From the NCBI GenBank assembly GCA_003345595.1, contig PRDI01000112.1, positions 1-13,620 on the forward strand: DNA of 13,620 nucleotides, read 5' to 3'. Under the pieces are notes generated by a model, which was not told the DNA's origin, did not search any database, and was given only the letters and a program-made list of their open reading frames with translations. Both the position numbers and the translations under genes were made by a program. The stretch is from Candidatus Thorarchaeota archaeon (GTDB taxonomy: Archaea > Asgardarchaeota > Thorarchaeia > Thorarchaeales > Thorarchaeaceae). Shown one piece after another: positions 1 through 6,898 of this stretch (position 1 is the first letter of the stretch; each line of letters begins with the position of its first letter).

Positions 1-123
1 TTGGTCAACTGGACTCGTTCTCGCATTCAGTTTCAAATCTCAACCCAGAGGCCCGGACAATTCAGGAAACTGCTAGAACAACCTGTATGTTATTATGTGG
101 GGAGTGACACTTGCTCCAATACC

Positions 124-978
124 ATGACTGGATCTCCAGAGGACGAAAAGCACGTCCGTTACATCTCACTGGTCAGAAAAGACGGAGGAGAACCCATCAT
201 AGGTATTCCATATCGTGAGATGAGCGTGGATCCAGACCTTGTCGCCAGCTTTGTGCTTGCCATAATCATTTTTGAGAACAGGCAGCTGACGAGGTTCGTG
301 AAAGAGGGCTACATCGTACTGATTGAAGAGGGCGAGCACGTTGTCGGACTGCTGATACTCGACAAGGTGGAGGACGAGGAGCAGTATAGGAAGGCATTGG
401 CGGGAATCATTGAGAAGTTTGAAACCAACTACAGCGCACAGCTCGCATACTGGAAGGGCGACATCAGACCCTTCAGGGAGTTCGCATTGTACATTCTCGG
501 CGTGTATCCTTACCGCCGCATCGACTGGGAAATGGTGCCGCATCTGCTGAACAGGTCTGAGGCAATGCCGGACCGTCAAGCATCGATTCCGTGGAGCGTG
601 GGAGAAACCGATAGGAAGATATCGAAGGTGACAGACTTCATCAACGGCAAGCGAACCATAGTTGAGATCATGGACTCGGCAGGCATGTCCCGCGAGGAAA
701 CTATAGCAATCATGTCAATGCTCGACCGTTACAACTGGGTCACATTCAGCAGAAAGATCACTGACAAGACAGTGCTAACGAAACTTACCAGTCCGCCACG
801 ATACCTCATTGGTGTCTACGGTGAGCAACTGCTCAAGGTGGTTGACCTCTTTGACGGCAGACGGACTGTGGCCGAAACGAGTGCCATGCTTCCGTACTCG
901 ATGGAGGTTCTTTTGACGCTGGTCAAGAACTTGGTTGATTCGGGGGTGCTTGGATTTCGTGAAAAAGCCGCAGAGTGA
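124..978 (+). CDS. Longin-domain + tandem winged-helix protein, NPRL2/NPRL3-like (paralog A)
   Basis: ATG at 124 (the ORF-track TTG at position 1 is just the window edge); 284 aa. N-terminal longin-like pattern (RYISLVRKDGGEPII...VDPDLVASFVLAI...YIVLIEEGEHVVGLLILD...KFETNY...WKGDIRPFREF). Two winged-helix-like repeats follow (FINGKRTIVEIMDSAGMSREETIAIMSMLDRYNWV and LFDGRRTVAET...LVKNLVDSGVL). Clear paralog immediately downstream. Confidence 0.7.
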   Translation: MTGSPEDEKHVRYISLVRKDGGEPIIGIPYREMSVDPDLVASFVLAIIIFENRQLTRFVKEGYIVLIEEGEHVVGLLILDKVEDEEQYRKALAGIIEKFETNYSAQLAYWKGDIRPFREFALYILGVYPYRRIDWEMVPHLLNRSEAMPDRQASIPWSVGETDRKISKVTDFINGKRTIVEIMDSAGMSREETIAIMSMLDRYNWVTFSRKITDKTVLTKLTSPPRYLIGVYGEQLLKVVDLFDGRRTVAETSAMLPYSMEVLLTLVKNLVDSGVLGFREKAAE

Positions 979-1039
979 GGACGAGAAACACGAACGAACT
1001 GGCCGGCCAAGTATTAGGTCATATTTGACCAAAGGGCGA

Positions 1040-1054
1040 GAAAAGCCTTATAAC
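1040..1054 (+). promoter_or_regulatory. Putative archaeal BRE-TATA promoter of paralog B
   Basis: GAAAAGCCTTATAAC (purine-rich BRE followed by TTATAA) about 75 nt upstream of ATG 1129; Shine-Dalgarno AGGTGA at 1118-1123. Confidence 0.55.
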
Positions 1055-1128
1055 ACGAGCAACTCGGCGGCACTGTCCCGACAAGCAGGCGGGGCGGTTT
1101 TTCCAACAGGAAAGCGCAGGTGACGTGA

Positions 1129-1959
1129 ATGCCGCTAGACGTGTCTAAGATAAGGTATGTTTCTTTGATTCGTCTTGAGGGCGGTGAATCAATCCTAAAC
1201 ATACCATACGCCGAGATGACTGTCGATCCGGACCTTATCGCAGGTTTCGTCACGGCGGTGATTATCTTTGCCAAGACACCGATAAGGACGATCCGGAAGG
1301 CGGCGTACGACATACTCATAGAAGTAGGCGAGACTGTTCTCGTGCTCCTTGTAGTTGACCCAGTTCCGGACGAAGCTCCCTACCGGGAACCGCTCAAGAG
1401 AATTCTAGGCCGCGTAGAGCTGGAACTTGGAGACAAAATCAAGGCCTTCGAAGGGGACATTCGGCGATTCAGAGAATTCGCCCTGCCGATACTCGAGGAG
1501 TTTCCGTTCTATGATGCAGACATCAACCTAGTCCCCATGCGTCGGAAGGACGGCATACCTGTGCCCTTCCGTGTGGGCACTATCGACAGCCGCCTTGAGA
1601 AGCTCGAGGCATTCACCAGTGGAAAGCGCACAATCGGAGAGATAATGGATCTCATCGGTCTGCCAGAAGTGGAGGTTCGGGCTCTTGTTTCAATCCTCTA
1701 CAAGTACAGGTGGATTGATTTCAGGAAGCGCTTGACTGAATCTGACCGACTGGTTCGGCGTGAGTGTTCGCGTCAGGTATTACAGAAGCTGCTATTGGAC
1801 TATGGTGACGACGTCGAGTACCTGTTGAGTGCCTTTGACGGTATGAAGCAGGTCAGAGATGTGCTGGGTTCTCTACAGCAATATGACAAGGGCGCCATCT
1901 GGTTTCTGATCAATAAGCTCGTCGAAGTTGGTTGCTTGAGTGTAGTCACTGGAGCTTAG
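1129..1959 (+). CDS. Longin-domain + tandem winged-helix protein, NPRL2/NPRL3-like (paralog B)
   Basis: 276 aa with SD AGGTGA. Collinear with paralog A (26 of the first 40 aligned residues identical, e.g. IPYxEMxVDPDL; later GDIRxFREFAL). Winged-helix repeats FTSGKRTIGEIMDLIGLPEVEVRALVSILYKYRWI and AFDGMKQVRDV...LINKLVEVGCL. Confidence 0.7.
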   Translation: MPLDVSKIRYVSLIRLEGGESILNIPYAEMTVDPDLIAGFVTAVIIFAKTPIRTIRKAAYDILIEVGETVLVLLVVDPVPDEAPYREPLKRILGRVELELGDKIKAFEGDIRRFREFALPILEEFPFYDADINLVPMRRKDGIPVPFRVGTIDSRLEKLEAFTSGKRTIGEIMDLIGLPEVEVRALVSILYKYRWIDFRKRLTESDRLVRRECSRQVLQKLLLDYGDDVEYLLSAFDGMKQVRDVLGSLQQYDKGAIWFLINKLVEVGCLSVVTGA

Positions 1960-2777
1960 AGTGGCACATCCATGCCTGGAATGCCCACAACGTCACTCCT
2001 GCATTGCTTGCAGTTCTGAAACTGGTTAATGTGGACCATGGCGTTCGTTCTTGCCTGCGCCAGTTCCATTGATGTGGGCGGCCGGCGACTTGACATGTTT
2101 GCATTCGGCACCAACGGGATGATGTTCTGTAGCTTAGCACCTGCCTCGGCGACGGCGCGCGAAAGGACACTTATTTCGGAGTCGTTAACACCGGGTATTA
2201 GTACGCTGTTCACTCTCACATGAATCCCCAGAGCACTGGCATCCCTTATCCCCTGTAGCTGCAGCGGTACCACCTTCTTGCCGAGTCTAGGCGCAAGAGT
2301 TCTAATTCCATCCAGCAGCGCCCATTCATAAATCAGGTCTGCAGTAGAGGATAGAGCAGCACTCATCGATACTGTAACAGTCTTGACACCAAGACACACC
2401 AGGCGAGAAGCCATCTCAGAGAGCAGGAAGCCATTGGTGCTCAAGCAGAACTCGACATGAGGCCTAAGATGCTTCACCCTTTCGAAGACTTCAAACGTTG
2501 TTGGACTCGCCAAGGCATCCCCCGGACCGGCAACTGCCACTATGTGAAGGTTGGGTCTTGAATCCATCTCAAGGACTGCTCTTTGAACCGCTTCGAAAGG
2601 TGTCATTATTCTTGCAGCATAACCAGGATGGATGGTATGACACGAAGTAGAGAGAGAATGACTGCAGTAGGCGCATTTCGCGTTGCAGACAGAAGCTACC
2701 GGGAGGTGGATTCGCTCCCATGCCTGACTGCACTTGTTTGACCAACATGGATGAAAGTCATATGGATACTCATTCAT
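1956..2777 (-). CDS. nifB: NifB-like radical SAM protein (stand-alone SAM domain, divergent)
   Basis: 273 aa with HPC, RIHLPVA, CNAKCAYC (CX3CX2C), AGPGDALA, CLSTNG, VNSVLIPGVND, NIIPL and C-terminal CKQCRSDVVG. These match the NifB family, but the ExRP and TxTxN motifs are altered. Confidence 0.85.
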   Translation of the reverse strand: MNEYPYDFHPCWSNKCSQAWERIHLPVASVCNAKCAYCSHSLSTSCHTIHPGYAARIMTPFEAVQRAVLEMDSRPNLHIVAVAGPGDALASPTTFEVFERVKHLRPHVEFCLSTNGFLLSEMASRLVCLGVKTVTVSMSAALSSTADLIYEWALLDGIRTLAPRLGKKVVPLQLQGIRDASALGIHVRVNSVLIPGVNDSEISVLSRAVAEAGAKLQNIIPLVPNANMSSRRPPTSMELAQARTNAMVHINQFQNCKQCRSDVVGIPGMDVPL

Positions 2778-2789
2778 CGACCATATCGC

Positions 2790-3200
2790 TCAGATGAGTT
2801 CTTGGAGGAGTCGACCAGCTTCTCGGGCAACACGCTTAGCATCGTTAAAAACCAGACCTATCTTCGCGTTCTCCGGGGAAGTGACAGTCAACAGGTATCC
2901 ACCGGTCACCGCAAGTACTAGAGTATTCCCCCCTTCGCCCTCAACTATGATCGACTTCAAAGAACCTTGCCGCAGTTCTCTCATGACCTGTTCGGCTGCA
3001 GAGTGAATGCCAGCCACCATAGCAGCGACGGCAGCGTCTTCTGTGCCCGCGTGGAAGTAGCTCACGACGGGATGACCTTCGACTGTGAAGACCGCTGCGC
3101 CAAGGATTGGAGAGTTGAGGCTCAGATCTCTAAGTAGCTCCTTTAGAAGACTCGGCACGTTATGAGCTCCCTGTGGGTTCAGGTGCCTGGTTTCTGTCAC
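2790..3200 (-). CDS. Roadblock/LC7 (MglB/LAMTOR-like) domain protein
   Basis: Typical roadblock pattern ILGAAVFTVEGHPVVS...VAAMVAGIHSAAEQVMRELRQGSLKSIIVEGEGGNTLV...LTV...AKIGLVFND. An alternative GTG start at 3158 is preceded by GGGAG. It ends 12 bp before the nifB-like start, so co-transcription is likely. Confidence 0.9.
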   Translation of the reverse strand: MTETRHLNPQGAHNVPSLLKELLRDLSLNSPILGAAVFTVEGHPVVSYFHAGTEDAAVAAMVAGIHSAAEQVMRELRQGSLKSIIVEGEGGNTLVLAVTGGYLLTVTSPENAKIGLVFNDAKRVAREAGRLLQELI

Positions 3201-3308
3201 TTTGGGCAGCTTCTTCCTGTCGCTTTGGTGTGGTCACAGCTCCGGTTCATGACTGATAAAGCTTGGGCATATGACAAGGACACACGCTTGCCTCGATGTA
3301 TTTGCACT

Positions 3309-4316
3309 CTAGCTAGTCAGCCTCAGTGACGTCACTGAGTCGCTATACAGCAGGTTCGTTGGCACCTTCATGATCCTGCGAACCTGAGTGGCTTGTTCGC
3401 TTAGTCCTGCTTTCTCCAGCATGTCGGCCAGCTCCATGCCTGTTGTTATCGCCAGCGCCTTCAGCGGTTTCGCTTGACGACAAGACTCAATCATCTCATC
3501 CGCAGGAACGACCTTGCACCGTAAGTTGATTCCCCGGACTTTCTCCAGCTGTTTGATGCCCTTCTTGGCAATTCCTCTGATCTCTCTTTGTTCCTCGGTG
3601 AACGTCTTCCTTTTCGCAATTCTCTCGAGTCGAGCGATGCCCCGTCCAATCAGATCCTCTGAAGTTAGCTGAGCGCCATAGAGTGAACGGACTGTCTTCA
3701 TCGTCGTAGTAACGAGCCAGGCAGAACCGTACGCCTCCTGGTACCTCATCGCCTTGACAACTTCAGATTCGCTCAGGAGAGTTACTGAACGGTAGCCCTT
3801 ATACTCGACACAGAGTGTCCAAGGTGGGTCATGATGCGTGATTATCAGATCGGGCGTGAGTCCCTCACCAGTCGTTGGAACACTCGTGCTGACGTCAGGG
3901 AACAGGTGAGAAACGAGCGCCAAGAACGACTGATGGAAGATGTTGTGGCGAAGATTCCTCGCCTCCTGAGGATGTCTGACACCTGCCTCTTGGTACAGCA
4001 CAGGCATCTCGCCTTTCCTTCCAGTGAGCTGACTGACCTGACTCTTGGTTGTTAGTCGCCCTCGCGACTGGTTATACCTTACAAGCCGGACTGCCGCCTC
4101 ATCTGCAATGAGATCGAACACCACCCTCCCGGTAGCTGATTCGCCGGCCTTCCCGTCCTCGCTCTCCCTGCGCCTAGCCTCTGCTTCAGCCCAGTCAATG
4201 ACTCGTTGGGCATCGTCTCCAAGCAGGCCTATTATGGACTGTAGCTTCTCCTGCAGGCCGTGTTTGTTGACGTACCTTCTCAGAGGCGTACTGTAGGTGA
4301 CCTTGAAACGCGTCAC
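3309..4316 (-). CDS. Hypothetical protein with PD-(D/E)xK restriction-endonuclease-like domain
   Basis: Motif GLTPDLII...LCVEYKGY...EVVKAMRY...AWLVTT. GTG at 4316 is preceded by GGAGTGA; the ORF extends upstream to another GTG at 4346. Confidence 0.65.
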   Translation of the reverse strand: MTRFKVTYSTPLRRYVNKHGLQEKLQSIIGLLGDDAQRVIDWAEAEARRRESEDGKAGESATGRVVFDLIADEAAVRLVRYNQSRGRLTTKSQVSQLTGRKGEMPVLYQEAGVRHPQEARNLRHNIFHQSFLALVSHLFPDVSTSVPTTGEGLTPDLIITHHDPPWTLCVEYKGYRSVTLLSESEVVKAMRYQEAYGSAWLVTTTMKTVRSLYGAQLTSEDLIGRGIARLERIAKRKTFTEEQREIRGIAKKGIKQLEKVRGINLRCKVVPADEMIESCRQAKPLKALAITTGMELADMLEKAGLSEQATQVRRIMKVPTNLLYSDSVTSLRLTS

Positions 4317-4362
4317 ATGCTCACTCCTTGACAAAAGCCAACTCACTGTGCGGCTGGCACTC

Positions 4363-4929
4363 TCAGAAGATATCCTTGATGAGCCTCACTTCTTGCGTCG
4401 CTTCCTCGTCGTAGGAAACAAGCTGGGCGTTCCGCAAATCATGGATAGCCTTCATGATCGCAGTGGACATTATTCCCGTGCTCGACTCTAGGTTCTTCCT
4501 GGTGATTGCAGTCTTAGTGTTGTGTAAAGTATAAAGCACGCGTGCATGTGGCTTGCCGCCGAAAACGGTTTCAATCAACGTTATGTATATCGCAAGCAGG
4601 TCACTTACGTCGACCTTCTCCTTCAGCTTATCCTTCTCCGTTGATGCCTCTCTATACAGTTCGGACACCCGTTGCAGCTGCTCGGTTATCTGAGCCATCT
4701 CGGCTTTCAATTCATCACGTTCCTTTGTCACTGAATCAACTACGCCTGACGTCCGCTCAGACTGAGCAAGCTTCTCTTTCAAGCTCGAGACCTCGTCAAC
4801 AGTGCGCGTCAGCTTGCTGTCGGCCTCAGCTTTCTGCCGCTTCGCTGTTTCGAGTTCATCTGCAAGCTTCGCGACTGATGTCTTGAGTCCGTCGATTTGT
4901 TCAAACACTTTCACTCTATCGGATGACAT
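4363..4929 (-). CDS. Coiled-coil protein with C-terminal winged helix-turn-helix
   Basis: 188 aa. About 105 aa of heptad-like K/E/L-rich helix, then PHARVLYTLH...ITRKNLESSTGI...IMKAIHDLRNAQLVSYDE, a wHTH pattern. SD-like GTGAGG upstream. Confidence 0.7.
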   Translation of the reverse strand: MSSDRVKVFEQIDGLKTSVAKLADELETAKRQKAEADSKLTRTVDEVSSLKEKLAQSERTSGVVDSVTKERDELKAEMAQITEQLQRVSELYREASTEKDKLKEKVDVSDLLAIYITLIETVFGGKPHARVLYTLHNTKTAITRKNLESSTGIMSTAIMKAIHDLRNAQLVSYDEEATQEVRLIKDIF

Positions 4930-4963
4930 ATGGCTGGCCTCACAGAATCATAGGCAGAGCCGC

Positions 4964-4977
4964 TTTATATGAGTTTC
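4964..4977 (-). promoter_or_regulatory. Putative BRE-TATA promoter for the coiled-coil/wHTH and nuclease genes
   Basis: Minus strand reads GAAACTCATATAAA, about 35 nt upstream of ATG 4929. Confidence 0.5.
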
Positions 4978-5077
4978 ATATCTTAGCTCCTGCATGTGAC
5001 CTTGACATACCGGGTGTGCTTGCCGTCAAACTCAGCCAATTGCGACTCGAGGGCGGCGTCCTCCTCAAATCCACACT

Positions 5078-5986
5078 CTACGCGAAGAGCAATGGAACAA
5101 GTACATAGCCCATTATCAGGAGCACAACCATAACAGACATCTGCAGCGCCCAAAGTTTCTTTCTCCACATGAATATCTTGGCACCGTCGAGAGGGGGAAA
5201 CGGAATCATGTTAAACAGCCCCAACATGGCGTTGAGTATAATTGCCCACCTCAGAATGGGGCCGAATGGGAAATGAATGCCACTCATAGCGAATGCAGAA
5301 ACAACTGTGATTACAAGGAGCCCAGAAGATATGATTGCATTCGAGAGCGGGCCTGCGAACGTTGACTTGGCGGCGTGATCAGGGTTCCCCGACATCTCGG
5401 TGAAGACCGCGCCTGTCCCGAACACGGGTACCGAGAGAAGAATGGCAAATGCGGACAGGTAGTACCCATAGGTGGTCATCCGGAACTCACTCCACATCCC
5501 ATAGTGCTGAGCTACGAGCTTGTGAGCCATCTCGTGAATTACAAACGAGGAGAGAAATACCACGACAAGCACCACAGGATACCACCAGTAGGCTGATGTC
5601 AGATAGTCGGCTACAACAGGCAGAGCCCCGAAGATGCCGTACGGACTTCCAAATAGGGAGAGAGCTACGAGCGTTACAAGTGCGCCTGCGATGAGAAGGT
5701 CTCTGATTTCCTTTCGAGAGAACCTACTCTTTCTTTCTGCTCTACGCACTTGAGGAATCCTTCGAGGAGGCGTGGGGGCTGTGACGTTCTCCTCTTCCTC
5801 CTCGTCCTCCTCTTCATACTCACCCGTGAATGAGTCTGCGATTTTTTTCCTTGCATCCTGTCTTGCTCTCTGCAGACTTGGACATCCATGACTCTCTGGC
5901 AATCTGTGTTCAGAGCAGTATGACCCGTTGCAGTAGGGACAGGTGAAGAGAAGTTCTTCTTGGCCACAGAGAGTACATCGTGCCAT
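5078..5986 (-). CDS. AN1-type zinc finger fused to an M50 family (site-2) intramembrane metalloprotease
   Basis: N-terminal CTLC...FTCPYCNGSYCSEHRLPESHGC (AN1 zinc finger), an acidic linker EEEDEEEEE and several TM segments. HEMAH (HExxH), AGPLSN and NMIPFPPLDG (NxxPxxxxDG) are the M50 motifs. Confidence 0.92.
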   Translation of the reverse strand: MARCTLCGQEELLFTCPYCNGSYCSEHRLPESHGCPSLQRARQDARKKIADSFTGEYEEEDEEEEENVTAPTPPRRIPQVRRAERKSRFSRKEIRDLLIAGALVTLVALSLFGSPYGIFGALPVVADYLTSAYWWYPVVLVVVFLSSFVIHEMAHKLVAQHYGMWSEFRMTTYGYYLSAFAILLSVPVFGTGAVFTEMSGNPDHAAKSTFAGPLSNAIISSGLLVITVVSAFAMSGIHFPFGPILRWAIILNAMLGLFNMIPFPPLDGAKIFMWRKKLWALQMSVMVVLLIMGYVLVPLLFA

Positions 5987-6303
5987 GTCACGCAGCCTCT
6001 GAACATTCAGTTTCGCGTTCGGTTCATTGCTCTTTCGCGTCTTGTTATATCAGTATTCATCCAGCCCCTTTCATATTTCTCCCGCGTCATCTGTTTTCAG
6101 AATCTGAAAGTAGGAAGCCGACGCTCAAGCGGATGCAGGTGGTTAAACAGCCATCATGGTCTTCGTCCGAAACTTTGGAGAGAAGCAGAGTGAGAGCTGA
6201 TTAGATAATGACTCGATGCCAGCACATTCATGATTGAATAGCTCGAACAGAGTGAAGACAGATTCTCTGAGAATTCAGTCAATTAGCAGAACGGTTTCGA
6301 CCT

Positions 6304-6317
6304 CAACGCTTATATGC
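6304..6317 (+). promoter_or_regulatory. Putative TATA box of the hsp20-cdc48 operon
   Basis: CAACGCTTATATGC, with TTATAT at 6310-6315, followed by an 11-bp direct repeat and a structured leader. Confidence 0.5.
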
Positions 6318-6320
6318 AAA

Positions 6321-6357
6321 ATGGTCCCTAGTGGCTAGTGTACAAGATGGTCCCTAG
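6321..6357 (+). repeat. 11-bp direct repeat ATGGTCCCTAG x2
   Basis: Exact copies at 6321-6331 and 6347-6357 (26-bp period). Confidence 0.85.
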
Positions 6358-6381
6358 ATAGGCGGCCTGATAGACTGTACA

Positions 6382-6430
6382 GAGGCCCGTAAGGTGACTC
6401 TTCGGGCGGCGACAAACCGCCCGGGGCCTC
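6382..6430 (+). other. GC-rich stem-loop in the predicted hsp20 5' leader
   Basis: GAGGCCC (6382-6388) pairs with GGGCCTC (6424-6430). CGGGCGG (6403-6409) pairs with CCGCCCG (6417-6423) around the loop CGACAAA. There is a 14-nt bulge on the 5' side. Confidence 0.6.
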
Positions 6431-6449
6431 AAAGCGGAGTGAGGACGAT

Positions 6450-6881
6450 ATGTTCGGAGATGATTTCTTCTCGGCAGTTGACAGGCTCATTGATGAGCTG
6501 ATGAGGGGTACAGCTATGCGTCAGGGCTGGAATGACCCTATCGGAGAGTCTGTTCAGGATGTCAGTGCGGACGAGGAGAATCAACCACACGTCGACACAA
6601 GTCCAGATGATGCAGAGTTGATAGACATGGGAGACAGCCTGCTGGTAGTCGTGAACTGCCCAATGGGAGTTGAAGCTCCGACGGCCAGAGTGCAGGGTCG
6701 TCAGCTCATAATCAGGCCCAGTGTCAATGACGAAAGGGACATTAAGTTGGAGCTTCCGTATACCATAGACGTCAAGAACTCACGCATGTCTTCGAGAAAT
6801 GGCGTAATTGAAATCCGACTGCCACGATTCAAGGCAGATGCAGGACGAAAGCAGAAGGATGGAGAAATACTGAGCGAGTAG
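6450..6881 (+). CDS. Small heat-shock protein (Hsp20/alpha-crystallin-like)
   Basis: 143 aa. Phe-rich N-terminus (MFGDDFFSAVDRLIDELM) and an alpha-crystallin-like core ELIDMGDSLLVVVNCPMG...LELPYTID...SSRNGVIEIRLPR. SD GGAGTGAGG. It lies 17 bp upstream of cdc48, a known archaeal gene pairing. Confidence 0.82.
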   Translation: MFGDDFFSAVDRLIDELMRGTAMRQGWNDPIGESVQDVSADEENQPHVDTSPDDAELIDMGDSLLVVVNCPMGVEAPTARVQGRQLIIRPSVNDERDIKLELPYTIDVKNSRMSSRNGVIEIRLPRFKADAGRKQKDGEILSE

Positions 6882-6898
6882 ATGGAGTGTGACGCTGG

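Noticed and set aside
1-123. N-terminal extension of the first ORF from TTG at position 1
   Set aside because: Homology with paralog B begins just after ATG 124, and an AT-rich TATA-like stretch lies at about 88-97, so this region is probably a promoter rather than coding.
1101-1112. NrpR nitrogen operator
   Set aside because: The site is TTCC-N4-GGAA, the wrong orientation and spacing compared with GGAA-N6-TTCC. I saw no such site upstream of the roadblock-nifB-like unit either.
1956-2777. Evidence for nitrogen fixation
   Set aside because: A divergent nifB-like gene alone, without nifHDK in the window, does not support diazotrophy.
3309-4316. Type II restriction-modification system
   Set aside because: No methyltransferase gene is adjacent; only a generic PD-(D/E)xK motif is supported.
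5960-6204. Short + strand ORFs (5960-6193, 5980-6204) in the divergent intergenic region
   Set aside because: They overlap the S2P start, have no RBS and no protein-like features; the region looks regulatory.
6321-6357. Mini-CRISPR array or IS target-site duplication
   Set aside because: Only two 11-bp copies 15 bp apart, with no cas or transposase gene.
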